Source of the DNA: Candidatus Omnitrophota bacterium | GTDB lineage: Bacteria > Omnitrophota > Gorgyraeia > Gygaellales > Profunditerraquicolaceae | Direction: 5' to 3' | Length of the DNA stretch: 64,000 bases | Assembly: GCA_050012075.1 (NCBI GenBank) | Contig: JBEKHW010000001.1 | Span: forward strand, 132,766-196,765 | Shown here: piece after piece, positions 36,001 to 51,000 of the stretch | Numbering within the stretch: position 1 is the first letter of the stretch | Layout: each line of letters starts with the position of its first letter | Notes under the pieces: generated by a model | What the model saw: the letters and a program-made list of their open reading frames with translations, nothing else | What the model was told of the DNA's origin: nothing | The model's database searches: none | Position numbers and translations under genes: made by a program

Positions 36001-39000
36001 TCTCCTTAAGGTTTATCAGGGCGTAAACCAAGGCTTCCTTGATATAAACGCTGAACTCCTCCGGAGACAGCTTCCATTCCCCCCTGTGATTATCTATCTG
36101 GGCAACAAACCGTTTCGGGCCGTAATGGCCTTGTACGACTATCTTTCTATATTTCCTGCCGGCAGAAATAAGCTGGAGATCGTCAGTTACAACAGTTAGC
36201 TCGGATAATCCCCAGGTGGACTTAATCTTTGCTATAATCTCTTCTTTAACTGAATATTCTTTTTTCAAGCAGCTGAGTATCCTGTTTGTCAAGGCTGAAT
36301 CAAATTCAACCAAGGAATCTAAGGGCTGAACATTCCAGCTATTGCCTTGAATGCTATACCTTAGAACAAACTGATCCGTCCCGACCGCACCTGATATTTC
36401 TGCTGCTGCTACTTGTCGCGAGCCTTTCTCGGCCATGAATCTTATATTTTCCTTGTCTATTACCGGCGCCTGGGTAGATACCGTAACCACGCGTTTCGGC
36501 GTTACGGCAGGGGCACTCGGAGTGACGTCTCCACTATTGCCCACCAATCCTTTATATAGCGGATCGTTGACCAAAAGTTGCAGGTAATCCTTATTCCCTA
36601 CTGCTACATTATTCTTTACTATCTGCGCTTCAAAATCAGAGATCTCTGCGGGGTTGCCATTGGCATCCAGCGAAGGCATCTCCTTATTAAACAAAGGCTC
36701 ATAATTCCTGCTTAACTCTTTCTCATTGATGCTTTCTATCGCTTCCTTGTTGAACGCTTTATCTTCAATCTGCAGTATCTGATAACCCTGACTGCTTAAG
36801 AATTCGTATATACTGCGCAGCCCATGCAGAACCTCGTGTATCTCGGCCTGCGATATTACAGGCACTACGACATCCCCATCTCCTTGCGTATATGTTTTAT
36901 CAATTGCGACTACCAAATAATATCCCGGTTTAGTAAAATATTGGGCTTGCCTATCTATCTTAATAAAACTAACCGCGCTTAAAGGCGCTTTTATTCCCAC
37001 CGCATTAACCTGGAATCCTTTTCCTCCGGTATTTATAGGCAGGATCTCCAAATTAAAGATAACAGACCCTGCTTTCTCTTCTTTATTCTTTAGGCTTAGA
37101 TATATTTTCTTACCGGTAAGAATACTTACGGCCAATCCTAAATTATATAGCCGATGCTCATTGCGAATGAATTTTCCGTCTTGCGCGAGCTTATCCAATC
37201 TGGCCTGAATGTGCCCATTAGCTGAATCCTGGACCTGTCCGGGGATTATTTTTAATACCTTCTTTTGCTTGGCGGAGCTAATATAAGATAGGAGCCGATT
37301 TTCTAACCCGCCAAACACTTCCTTGCCCGGCTCGGCATCCAGCGGCGCGCTCTTAGCGCTGCATATTTTATCAGCAAGATGCCTGAGGCGGTCTGGCTGG
37401 TTAATGTCAAGTAAAGGACCTTGGCGCTTAGACTGTGGCTCGCTCTCTTCGGATTGAGTTTCTGATGGATCTTCCATAATAGGATCCGGGTGCAAGGTTA
37501 AAGATTGCCTGGGGTCAGACGGTTCGTTTAATAGCGCTACCGCTTCTGTATCCGTTATCCTTTCCATCTCGCGCCTATGAGTATCTTCATCTATCATATT
37601 TTCTGTAAACAATCGGTCTACGATTTCCCTCTCCTGCCTCAAGCCTGAAGAATGATCATAGGCGCTTTCATGAGCCCAGGCGCAATAAAGCCGCAATGGA
37701 ACACCTTCCTTGGTCGGCCTTAAAATAAGGGCGGAGAATGTGGGTATGCCATCCACGCTACAGCCGTATGTCTGTTGAGCATTGACTTTTATCCTTCCGG
37801 TATCCGAAACAATCCGGAATTTGCATTGAACAGCGGACTCGCCTTTCCTGGTTATTGTCAACTTCGCAGGCAGGGCTAAGATTATATATAACCGGGGAGC
37901 TATCTTTATCATTCCTCCGCAATAACGCAAAATCTCATTCTTTGCCGCCAGGAGATAGTTAATATGCTTTTCTGTGTTTGTGGCGAGGACCTTCTTTCCG
38001 GCTTTGACGATATGGGCAACTGGCGTTTGCGTATCCATGCCTTCAATAGAAATATACTGCCCCTCCTGCATCGCCTGCCATAATGCCCGGCTCTCAAACT
38101 CGCCAAAAGTCCCGTCGCTGGAATAATCTGTTTGGCCAAATTCTGCTATTTTTATATCTATAAGTTCGCGGAGTTCATCTGATATCTGCATAAAGATATT
38201 CCCATGCTTTTCTTCCAAGCCAGACCAAAGCCGGGATATCGCCTTGGGGTCCTGACTGTATAACTTCTCCAAGCGAGCCCAATCAATATTCCCTGTATGC
38301 TCCTGTTGTATTATAAGTTGGAGCGCATATTTAAACGCGCTTTCCAGATTCGGCTTCTTTGCCGCTTTGTTCTTTCCCCGGCTTGTTTCTTTTTTAGCGG
38401 CCTTCGCTCCTTCTATAGGCCATGGTTCTTCTTCTCCGGTCAGCACCCTTATAATCCGTTTTATGATCAGGGAGTCCGGGGCAACTCTTGAGTGCGGATT
38501 TTGAATATATTCAAACGCTTTGACAATATGGCCCAAAGGATAGCCCGCGAAATTATCTCTCAATGCCTTTACCAATTCGGGTAGCTCGGAGAATCTCCCG
38601 TGAAAGCCAATCTGAAGCTCATGCATAAAGGTAAGGAATCTTTTTTCTTCTGTCTTTCCTTTTGTGGCGTCATATTCCTTGTTTAATTCCTCGGCTAACC
38701 CTTTAACTTCTTTTGAAGCTGCTTTCTGTAATCCGGCAATAACTTCAGGCGGCATAAATGCCCCTTGTAAGCGAGATAACCCTGTCTGTTCTGTTTCTTT
38801 ATCCGGGCCCATATGCCTATGCCTTCTCAGGGGGCTGGATGCCTTACCTTGCTTGGCTATCGGAAGATAGACCATAAAATAAGTCGTATTAATGCCCTTG
38901 ACAGTGCGGCAGACGACATTAATACTCCCTCCGTAAAGAGCTACGCAATGCCAGGCATTAGTAGTGCCGATACCTTTGCCTCCCTTCCTGGCGCTGACCC

Positions 39001-42000
39001 CTAAATCAAAGAGTTTCTTGCGTCCTGCCAGTACAATGGATGTCGGTTTCAGTAGATCCTCGGGAATGGGCTGGCCTTTATTGGAGACAATAGCAACAAT
39101 CCTGTCTTTTGTGCGCCTTAAAATGACCCTGACATCAAAAATACCTTCATCCCTCTCAAAGCTATCCGCCCAACCAACTGCATTGTCAACAAAGTCTGCG
39201 AAGGCACTGACCAGGTTCCACTTATCGCTTCTGACAAGAAGATGCGCATAAGAACCAAAATCCTTGGTTATCCTTGCGCGCTTACCGCAGGCAGACTGGA
39301 TAATACTGCCGATACGATGCCTTTCTTCTCCTATTAAACCGTTGACGAAATTCAGCCGGCTCTGTGAAATATCAATTGTCTCCTGAAGCGGTTTAAAAGC
39401 CCGTTTGAGCCGCCAGGTCAAGTCTTTATAATTCTTCAAGACATCTCTTTTTTGTTTGGCAAAACCGACTATACTTTCAAAAACCTCTATATGCCTCCTG
39501 GCTGTGCGCAGTTTAAGCCGCGGATCGGCTATGGCTGCTTGGGCAGCGCTATGGATATTAACAAATCTTTCCCTGAGCCGGTTTAACTCGTTAAGAAGCC
39601 TTTCCAGGTTGAAGTTGGGAGCTTTTTCCTGCAGCAGCTTTCTTTCTTTTATCTGGGAAAGCGTCAAGAACGTTATCGTCTTTCTGGAACGGTCTCTGCA
39701 ATCAAGGATAAGCTCAAGGCCATGGTCAATACTCCTTAAAGCAACAGCCATGCGCTCTTTTTCCACTGCCACACTTGCCTTTTTCAGTGCCAGCCATTCC
39801 CTGAAATCCCTCTTTTCTTTAACTGCCGGCCTTCCTGCCTTATTCAGGATGACTGATTGCCCGATAATGATCTCTTCAGGTCCGACTTCATCAACCAAGT
39901 TGGCAATCGCGTATAAGGAGCGTCCTTCCTTTTCAACCAAACCAAGGGCAGATAAGGCCTGAACAGCGCCCTTGACTTCTTCCTGCGCAAGCCCGAATGA
40001 ACGCGCCATGTATCGCACCGTGCCTGCCTGGCCATGGATGACTTTGCCCATAAACATTTTTGTTAGCAATTCAGTCGGGGTAAGCGGAGAACTGGCATAT
40101 TGCCGATGCTCAAGTACGGAGCCTTCTTCAACATGCTTCAGATTATTTCTTGGGCCCGACAGGAAGACATCCATATAACCGTATCTGGTTTTAATAATAC
40201 ATTCTTTTGACGGCACTCCATAAGATATCCCTTGGCTGACAACAGAGATAATTTCTCCTATGCGCGCCCTTCCGGAACCGCTGAAATCAGTCGGCTCAGC
40301 CCATAGGACGGATAAGTCAAAACCATTTATCTGCGTCCGGGCAGCCAAGCACGGTAGGTAATAAAAAGCGCGTATGCAGCGGGAAATGTCCTTCATCGGC
40401 TGGTGCCAATCAATATACAGGTGCTGTTTAAGTTCGCGCGCCCGGGCAGTCGGATGGGTTGGGCCCTTCTGCGGATAGAAAATATCTTCCCCGCGAATAA
40501 ATGCTTTAATAACGCGGTGCAGAAGTTCGGCGCTTACATAAGCAAGCCTTCTGGTCAAAGACAATGCTGTATCGCTTTCGGTTATGGATATACCGGTAAC
40601 CTGTCCTGCTATATCGCCTCTGTCATACTCTTCTGAAACCTTGTGCACGGTAATGCCGGTTTCCCGCAAACCATGTAATATAGCGCCTATAACAGGCGCG
40701 GCGCCCCGTAGCCTTGGTAAAACAGAAGGATGCACGTTCAAGAAGACTCTCCGAGGCATCTCTATCATTTCGCTATCGAACTTGTAGGGCCAGACAGCTG
40801 AAACCATTATATCCGGCTTAAATCCACTCAGCCTATCTTTAAGATATGGCGTGTGCGCTACTACTTCTATTAAGGGAATATGCCTGGCGCTGGCAACCCT
40901 GATAATGTTCCCGCTCTTTAGCCCTGTAACCACACAGCGGATAGGATAAGATTCCCTGATAAGCCCTTCCAATACAGCCATCCCAATGTAACCGCCTTCT
41001 GAAAAGAGGACCAGCGAAGGTTTCTGCCCTGTAACGGCAGGAGAAGAGGCACTCATAAGGTACTCAAATAGCTGAGGGCTCTTGCGCGCCATCATCTGGG
41101 TCAAATCAGCATTTACATACTCATAGACCTTTGAAGCCCCTTGCGGAACGCATTCATTGAAATCCGGCTCTTTAGATAAAAGCCTGTAAGCGAAGTGAAC
41201 AGCGATATCCCAGCATCGCGTCAGGCGGGCCGTCTCTTTCAAGGATATATCAAGATACCCAAAACCATAAAGGCTATTTTGCGAGGGATTCTGCAACTTC
41301 TTGCCCTGGTTACGGGCATATTCAATCTCTTCCCGAGGATATCCCGTAAGCCACTGAAAATATGCGAACCCATCCTGAGCTCTTTTTGGGTAATTCAAGA
41401 TATAATTGCCGATAATAAGGTTTATCTTCCTGCGTAATATTTCTACGCTATCACTGCTATCAGTCAGGATATCCCAATCCTGCGCAGGGAAAAACCCGAT
41501 CTCTTTTAAATACCTGGCTTCTTCTTTATGCATTCTTTCTATCAGGTCATACAAATTAACGACTTGCCCGCCTAAAAGCATGATGCCTAAAGAGCTGATT
41601 AGTTTATTCTCGAAGAGCTCCTTGGCGATATCCTCTCGCATAATATCATCGTCATGGGAGCTAAGGCAACCTGGTCTTAACCCCAGGAATACAAGCAGCA
41701 CACCCGGCCTTAAAAGTATCTTTCTGGATCGCGGGCTAAGCTGGCGGTAAATCTCCCTGACAATAGGAGCGCGCTCCAGTAATATCGCTTCCTCTTCAGC
41801 ACTTAGCATTGGAGGTATCCTTGCTGATATCGGGTCTTCATAACGCTCTCCTGTTACAAGCTCCTGTCTTTCTTCTAATATCCTTAACGCTTCTTTCTTC
41901 CTTAAAACTATGAATTCCGGCATGTATGTATCGGCAAATTCCTGCTGGACTCTGGCAAGCTCCTGTGGAGTAAAATATGCCTTCTTGATAGGCTGCCATT

Positions 42001-45000
42001 GCCTAAGATAATCGTCGTATTTTGCCACAAGGATGCGCCCTTCCCATTCTTTGCTGAATTGGCCTAATGCCGCGTCTACAACAACCTGCTCTTTGCCTTT
42101 AACAAGGGGATAGGAATGTTCGATCTCTCCTGCAATCACTGTTGATCCCTCTATTTTAACCTCGCTTGTTATCTCAAGGGTATTAAAGGCAGCGGAAAAA
42201 CAATTAGAGAATATCTGGCACACGCCACTGTCAGGCGCCTTTCGTGCACGTAAACGGCTGTATTCCATAACATCATTATTGTATAAGGTCTTGCGCAGGT
42301 CTTTTTCCTTCAAACACGATAACATCCTGAATATCTCTACCTCATGCCCTAACAGGCATCTTCTTGTTTCTGCGGCTGTAACAGGCTTTGCCTTCAGCGG
42401 CTCAAAAAGAGATACCAAATAAATCACTGTCGCAAGAAATGCCTCTCTGTATTCCTGCTCGCAGTTATTCCTCCTGCTTTTTAACGCCGCCTCTAAGACA
42501 GGATGTAAAGGCAGGATATTCTGGAAGGAATGCAATGCTTGTTCTGTTTCCGGATTATCCGGTAAATTAGAGCTGTCAGAGTTTACAGCAGCCATCTGTA
42601 TGCCTTTTAAGATATCTTGCGGTTTTACGGATTGGCGCCTTGTCTCTTGTTGTATCCATGAAGACAACTTGCCTGCTAAACGCATCTGTTTCACATTAAG
42701 CGGTTTTTGCCGCTGTGCCTGCTGCTTATTCTCTCTATTAATACCGTTATCAAAAATCGCCTGGATCTTCTGGTAAGGGTCAGAAGTGTTACTGCTATTC
42801 CCATCTGCAGGAGAAGAGGATGTTACACGCTTATAGCTTCCTTCCCTGACCACTAATTCTTCAAACTCTCCACCCAAGAGCGCTACGTCAACAATCGCCT
42901 CTAACGGTATCTCTACCCTTATAACCTCTCCGCCATCTTCTGCATGTTCCTTTGCGTATTCGATATGACGGGTAAAATAGGCAGGGTCTTTTAATTCTAT
43001 ATCGACCCCTTCAAAAAAGCCCTTCTGCTCCGAACCATGATATAGCCTAAACGCCCGGACATCGGGGAATTTATGCATTAAATACCAGGTGACCATCCTT
43101 TCGTATTCATGATGGCGTATCTGTATTGCATTTACTATTGTCCTTCTCTCTGTCTTCTTAAACTTCATGGCGTCAACCACGAAATATGGGCATTGCTGTA
43201 AGGCGGCTAAGCCAAGTTCGACTTTTTCTTCAAAGTTTAACTTTTCATCGATCCAATAACTGGATACATTAAATATACTGTAGCGCGTGCCCTTGACGGT
43301 TTTTTCAAGATCCAATTGCTTGCCCCTGAAAGGATCTATTCCTCCTTTTTTCTTTAGGGATTCTATTGCCTCCGATAATTCGGCCCTCCCGGTCTCTATG
43401 ACTTCGAATAACCTCATCACTGAATTAAAAATATGCGGCTCCGTAACAAGCTGTAACATGAAATAATTCCAGCGATGGGTTTCTATATTGAGAATATCGT
43501 CGCTCCAGTCATACCCTATTAATTCATCATCCAATCTCTTGGCAAGATGCTTTATCATGCTTATGAATTCTCGCCATGAATCCCCGAATTCCGCATCCAG
43601 CATAGCAAGCTTTGTAGCCCTCTCCCGGAATTGTTTCCTGCCTTTAAGCAAAACCCTAAAATCCTCGCCAGCCGGTGAACTGCCTTTATCAAACTTTGTA
43701 TTCTCGATTATGCCTGCGGTCCTCTGGCTGCCTCCCGAGCGCTCTTTATCCGATAGGGAAATAGTTATCAGGAACATATAACTGATGAACATCACATAGG
43801 CCAATTGCAAGCTAGGCGCATATTGCAATACAAAGTAGGTCAAAGGATGCGCAAAAAGGAAGATGGACCAGGCCTTAAGCGAATCCGCGTACACCCGCCC
43901 TTTCCATTCCGGGCTAAAAGGGGACAACTTTATCTTATGCCAATATGCCGAATCAAATAACCCCGTAAAGGTATGATACAGGAAGAAAAAGATAAAGGAT
44001 GTCCAGATGAACTGGTCAAATGCTATCTTAACCAAAGGATACAACCCTGCTGCCGGAATATATGCCTTAAGCATGCTATACATGAAACGTAGCAGAACCG
44101 CTGTTACTGCAAAAATAGGTATCCGGTAAGAAAGACGGTACCATAAAGGAGACACCTCTCCCGCATGGTCAGAAGTGCCTTTTATGCGGGACAAAGACCA
44201 GGCAGTAAGCTCGGTAAAAATACCCATGATGACAACGGTGATCAAAACGCTGACGGAATACGGGTATTTCTCGTCAATAAAGACCCTGAAGGCCTCAAGG
44301 GCCTGTGATACCGTTGAGAGGCCGAATATACCTAAAGACAAACCTGCCAATCCGGCTGCTATAAGCACAATAGTCAAATAATATTTCTTCTGCCAATTCT
44401 TCTTAACCTGCTCTTTATAATCACGGGCTACTTCTTTGAAAGATTTCCCGCAGATGAATGACAGCGCCAACACCCCTACTATTGTTATGGCTGCTGTTAC
44501 GCCTACGGCAACAGGTGCATTCAACAAGAAAGCGGCGATAGGAGAAGTTGACATATTCTGTAACCATGGCGCCAACAGGTTGACTCCCCAAATAGCAAAT
44601 ACACCGCTGCCTATAGCCAACAATTGTGTCCCCGACTCGCGTAAGAGGCGGTTATTCCTTTTTTCCGGCATAGCCGAGGTTGAAGCAGGAGAGCTGGATT
44701 TACCGCGGATACCGACATTGTTCCTGATTATTCTAAATAAGCGCCTCTTTGCTTTTTTGGAGCTGGCAATTAGAGTAGGCAACCTGGACGAGGGCTGCTG
44801 TAATAGTCCCCGGCTAAGAGGCAATAAAGAAGCGCCGTTAAAATCTGAAACCACTCCTCCTGCCTTAAATACAATAAACATGGAAGGAACTGCATCCCAG
44901 AGCTTTGGAGTACGATGAGTATAAGCGATCGGCATCGCAAAATTACTGCTCATTGCCACTTTAACCATATCAAAACCTTGGGTCAGCAAGGTTCTTGTAA

Positions 45001-48000
45001 CCTTTCCGAAGAAAGCGGCGATTTTTTTCTCAGGAGACACTACTTCCAGGTCGTTACCAATACGTATTTCCCGGTTCCGGAAATCCATGGCCTCGGAAAC
45101 CCTGATCCGCCTGCCGTTAAGGAATGCTCCGGCTTTACCTTTTCTTGCTTCAAACAAGGCACCCTGATTCTTACCGTCCACATTCCACTCCGGAGCGTAA
45201 AGCAGCGCAAGGATCGGCATACCGTTACGCATTAGAGCGATTATAAAACCGTACTCATCTTTACCTTCCACAAAAGCCTTTGTCCCGTCAATAGGGTCAA
45301 TCACCCAGACGTATTCCGCCTCTCTTTTTGGCTCAATCCCTTCCAATTCCTCCTCTGCTATAATTCCATGCTCGGGGAATTCTTTTCTAATCAACCTGAT
45401 TGCCATCCGCTGAATTTCCTGATCGGCTTCGGTGACTATGCTGTAATCTACTTTTGCTCCCAACGACCTCTCTCCTAAAGACGATTTCTTATAATCACTC
45501 ATTATAATCTTTGCTTTTTGGGCTATTGTTCTGGCGATCTCGGCTGCCGCAGCCACAGAGAACGGCGTCCATTCATCTCCCTCAACCTGCGACACAGTAG
45601 CCGGAGAAGAGGCTTTGTCTTCTCGCTGCACGCTGACTATATTAGGATCTGCCTTGCCGGCCTGGATATCTCCCGGTCCCGATAATACCGCTGCCAATTC
45701 TTCGTTCAACTTTTTCAGTTCTTCCTCTAATTCTGTAAGTCTTTTCTCGATTGTTCCCCATTGTGGCGAGCCCTTCTCCCATTTCAATTGTTCTGCTCTT
45801 TTTTCTATTTCTTCTCTGACATTTCCCCTCACCCTTTCCGTGTAATCGTTAACTTTTTTCACTAAGATAGCTGTTGCCGGATGCTCTCCCAAGAGAATAT
45901 CCGGCCTAAAACCATTCGTATTCAACATCTTCAGTAATGTATCAGGAGAAGATTGTAACCCTCTAATCACCAGTACCTTGGGCGTTGTTTGTAATACTTT
46001 TACTATTTCTGTCCCTGCTTTTCCCTCCATTGCTTCTACTATGCCGGCCCATGGCTCTATTATTCCTTGTCGCGTTAATAATATTATGCTATCCAAATAC
46101 TTTTCATAAGCCGCGGGCGTAGGATTATCAAATATAATCTGGAAGCGCTGGCCTTCTTTAGCTTTTTTCTGCAAATATGCATAGAGTTGCCGCTCGAATT
46201 CTTTGATCGCTGATTTACTAAAATCCACCCTTAAATTTAAGCTCGGAAACTCTATTTTGTCTTCAGATATTATGCTCTGCTCCCAGTCTTCAATTGTAAG
46301 CTTATTCAGTCTTTCATTCTGCAAAGATTCTTCCCTAATAAATTTAGAGAAAGCTGCGGCGTAATTAGGGTCGGTAAACTTTCCGTTGTTAGGGTCTCTA
46401 CCTAAAACACCTCCCTCAAGCAAATCTCGAGGTATATGATAGGGCAATGCGATTTCAGGAAATATGGTAAGGCAGTTACCTTCGGCCTTAGCCTGCTTAA
46501 AGGCCTTTTCTAAGCCGGGCATCACCATCTTTTCAAAAACTATCTTTTCAAAATCATCTTTCCCGGGATGAAAACAATATAGAATAGTAATCGGGGAAGT
46601 CTGTTTAACAGAAGAAGCGGCTCTTTTACCAGGAGCGGCCTGGCGGCGTACCGGTACCGCTGCGTCTCCAAGTGAATCAATACCTAAAATTGCTAATACT
46701 GTGCCTATGAATTTGACCAAAAATCCCCTTCGTGAGGAAACAACTAAAGCGTGGGAGTAGATCGTTTCAGCGAATATAGTATTAAAATCATCGCTATTAC
46801 GAGAATAGGCACTAAATTCGTGGATAAAGGATATGGTAAGTTCTTTACTCTCATAGAGGTACTTTTCATTTAGGAATAATCCTTTGGCAGGGACAAGAGA
46901 ACTAAATACTTTATCAGAAGGACCAGCCCTGGTGTGGCCTGTGCGCTTAAGATATTTTATGAAAGCGGCAAGCTGAACAGGGAATTTGCTGCGTAAAATA
47001 TTCGTGGCTGCCGGATCAAGGTTTTTTTCGATTGAGCTAAAATCAATTACTTGTTGCACATCCCACTCCCTACTTATCCTGGCCTGCTCTACGGCAGCTT
47101 CGGCTTCCGAGACGCCGGGTAAGCGGCGGGCGGCATCAAAGAAAGTATTTTTTATGTCCCGATAAATCAGAGGTATCAGTATAATGGCAATAGAGATTAG
47201 CGGTGCAATAGTAAAAAGCAAGCCGATTATATACGCAGGTATATGACCAATAATACCAGCAACATTATGCCAATTTCCATCATTCTGGCAAAACGATATA
47301 AGAGCCCCACATCCTATCTTAAATAACATAAGGAGAGAAATACATCTAACAATTACACCGGGAGCTGTTTTCTTGTATTTACTGCAGCTTAGGATTAAGT
47401 AGAGTGGCAGAGAGCAAACCAGCAGCAAGAGATCCCCGGCAAGATTGAACAATACCGTCGCAACAGAAGGCCCAAGGAATCGTCCGAGCGCATTTAAGGA
47501 ACCCCACTTATCAATATTATACACAGAGGCGGGTAGATCATCGAGATCAAATGAGATAGCGCCACTGTTTCCTTGCCACAGAAGATGATGCATCGCCTTC
47601 TGTGCGAATGCAGGTGAAAATCTGAGTAAAGAAACTACTAACGCTATAGTTAAAACTATTATTAGGAGCGGAACTAGTATGTCTTTTGCTATGTCTTCCA
47701 TTAATCCTTTTTGCGCGAGGGTGGCGCGGGGCTTTCCAGACCGGGCGGTAAGGAAATCGGACGCTTCACCATAGTCCTGTATCCTTTTGGAGAATAGGCG
47801 TGTTTTCAAACTCTTTAAGGCATTCATTAAGGGCGAGGTGAGGAGGACTGGCAAACAAATAATTTGGATGGATCTTAGGGCTAAATAATAAAATAAATCT
47901 AATCTAACCTTTGCGTCTTTGACGGCCTGGAAGTAGAGCCGTAATTCCTTAGGGTGGATGAGATAATATAGGCAACTTATCAAGCAGGCAAGAAGGTGCG

Positions 48001-51000
48001 AGCCGGTAGCAAATTCGTTTCGCTCATGGCGGATGAGGTCATTGATAAAAATTTGGAAAGCCATGGAAGCAGGATTGCTGAGATTAAAAGGCGGAGCCCT
48101 GGCTGCTAAGGCCTTGAGAATAGCAATTTTCCCTGGGCGAGTCTTCAAATCGGCAATACTGCCGGTAACGGTCTCATCTACAAAAACAATCTTCTTTAAT
48201 ATTTTGTGGATAATGTATTTCTTAAAATTGCTGAGTTGGTCCTTATTAGCTGATACAATCTCGCCGTAAAGAGTGCCGGGGTAGGCATGCTTCTTCGTGT
48301 CCGCTGCGGCGAGAATAGGTTCCCCACCAGCCACGAAGAGGTAAACTTCTTCCATAAAATTCCGCAGCGGACGAATAATCGAAAGCGTTTTCACTTTGGC
48401 TAAAATAAAATTGAAAAGGGCTGCGGCAGAAGCCAGAACCCCACCAGCCACGGAAGAGGTGATCCAGCTTAAATCCTGCCGCAACCCGATAAAAGATTGT
48501 TTTATAATGTAGCTATCATAGGCATTGCTGCCCTTCCCCATTGCTGCGGGGCTGGAACCCTTCAAGACAGAACCAGGCCTTTTCTTAAATGTATCCGCCC
48601 GCGAAGAGAATATTCTATTCCAACTGTCAGGTATAGTTAGATGTTCACCTACGGAAATAATCTTGGCGGGCGCAGAACGAGTAGAATATGCCTTAAAATT
48701 ATTAAACAGTGTTTCTTGGACTTCTTCAAAGGAAGCAAACCGGCTAAAATCTATACTATTGGCCCAGGGCGGAAATTGCCACTGACCACTCTCTTTATAA
48801 ACATAGTACATAGCGGATTCTTGATAAAGGGCGGTCTTAAAACGAAATTGCACTTTAATGCCGAGCTTGCCCAGCTCTTTATGATTCAACCAGCCCTGTA
48901 TAAATAAATTTACCGCTTCAAATCCGGGAACCCGACTCTCTTTTCTTATCTTTGTTATTTGAATATTGCTAAACTTTGACTTAAGAGCTGTTTCGAGCTG
49001 CTCAGGGAATGTTGTGAGTGCGCTCGCCCTATCTTCCTGATTCATGCCGTTATCATCAATAATAAAATTAAATCCTAAAATATCATCTAAATATGTAAGC
49101 GGAGCGGCAGTAATAACAGCCCGGTGTTTCATTATCTTTTCTATAACTCTGGATATGCTTAAAGAAGCATTTTTCTTATTAACGCCTTCTATCTGTAGTA
49201 TTATTTTTTCTAACTTTATGATTAAGCTCTTATATTGTTTTATCCTTGAGAATAATTTAATGTTGTCCTTACCGGCTACAATGCTGCCCAATGTTTTGTA
49301 GACCTGGAACACCATGGTTTCCCACATCGTATCCGGCTCCCAGGCCAGTTCTTTGTTATATTCATATCTTTCTGAACTATAAAATATTTCATCAATTTTC
49401 CTTTTTTCTTTTTCGCTTAGTTGCATATTCTTTAAGATTGAGCCCAGGCTATCTAAGATTCCCTTATCAGGTTTACTCTCATACCCAAATAGCAAGGTAA
49501 GTTTCTCAAGGAGCGAAAGCAGCTCCTGCGACGCCTTCCCTCCAAAAGCATAGCAATCTCTCACATCTGAGATGGCCTTATCAAACCATATTTCAAAATC
49601 ACTGAAAGATTCGAAATAATGGGCGATATCGGCAACTTTAGAGGGCACATCCACCTGAAAGCCGGAAATATCCGTTGCGGCCGGGCTGGAACCTTTTGAA
49701 TTGGAGGCTTTTTTGCGCTTGCCCTGGCCTTTCTCACTGATGGTCTTACCGGGAATATTTTTGGCGGTAATAAAATAACTTGGCACAGTTGAGATAAGAT
49801 TAATTAGAAAATGCATCGTAATAGAAGAGACTAAAGAACCTGTTATCCAATAAACGTAAGCAAAGAAAATGCCGCTAACCCATTGAAAGATCATACTACA
49901 TTTGCCATGTGAATCAGAGAATACGTGCGCATTGCTTAATATCGCAAATAGAATACCCGAAGGCATGCCAAAAATATATGTGCCTGTTAGATTCAATAGA
50001 TCGCACCAGAACCAGCATTGTATATTAAAAAGTATCCCCCGGAATAAAACCTCCTCTATGATCGGAGCCCAAAGAGATCCCGCAATAATAAGTTTTACGG
50101 AATCTTTACGCCTGAAACTGTCTTTAAGCTTTTTCCCGGCTAAGTCATATAATATAGCCACTGCCACTAATAAGCCTAATTCTATGGGGGCTTGTACGGT
50201 AAACAAGAAACCCGCACCGAAACAAATATTCGATATTATCGAACCCCAATTTTGATAGAGAATAAACGGCAGGATAAGAGCCGGTATTAAAATATGCCTG
50301 CGTCTGATCTCCAATTCTTCTTTCTTGGTATCTTCTTTCTTAGCGAAATCGGCAATGAATCCTGTGAATTGGCGTAGTAAAAGATACGCTGCGTAGATTA
50401 ACGGTATCCCGATACCTGCGTTAAAGAATCTTAAGCCGATTACGCTGAATTTTGCAGCAATACTGCTTAAACCAGCCATGCCAATATAAATACCGCAATC
50501 TATAGCAGCAATACAGAAGATTGACATGATAGTAGCAGACATCCCTAACATAAACTTTGCCCAAGATCCCGGGGCTGCTTTTTCCAAGATCGTTTTTGTG
50601 AAGGCATTTAATTTATTTACGAGCATTCTTTCTACTTTGAACATAGCCATGCACGCTATTATTGCAATAGCCCAATCTATACCGCTTAGAGAAGGCTTAA
50701 AACAAAAATCAGTCATTGCGGAGGGACTGGAAGCTTTCGATACGGAAGCATCCCTGTTTCCTGTGGGGATCTCCGGAAGGAAGGCCTTTAATTTTGCCTG
50801 TATCCCGGCTAAATCATCTGCGGGGGTAGATTTTTCGCCAAGCGCCAGAATATTGGCGTGATATTCGCTGCGCGCCAATGCTGCCTGCCCTACGGTGTGG
50901 CAAAGGGCGCAGCGCACATTGTTAAATTTATTAGTTGCTATTGATATGCCGATACCGGTTGTGCACATTACGATACCAAACGCGCATTCGCCTGAACTGA

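Noticed and set aside
17053-40035. Five short minus-strand ORFs (17053, 17746, 23955, 37909, 39844)
   Set aside because: They lie in alternative frames overlapping domains of the giant frame and have no motif support.
20834-45955. SSP tripeptides at about 20834 (DSSPL) and 45944 (QSSPD)
   Set aside because: They appear to lie inside domains and lack the usual G/A/S prefix and flexible context, so they were not counted as linkers.
47150-47680. M50 site-2-protease-like membrane domain
   Set aside because: It is hydrophobic with GP and NDG motifs but has no HExxH, so it cannot be supported.
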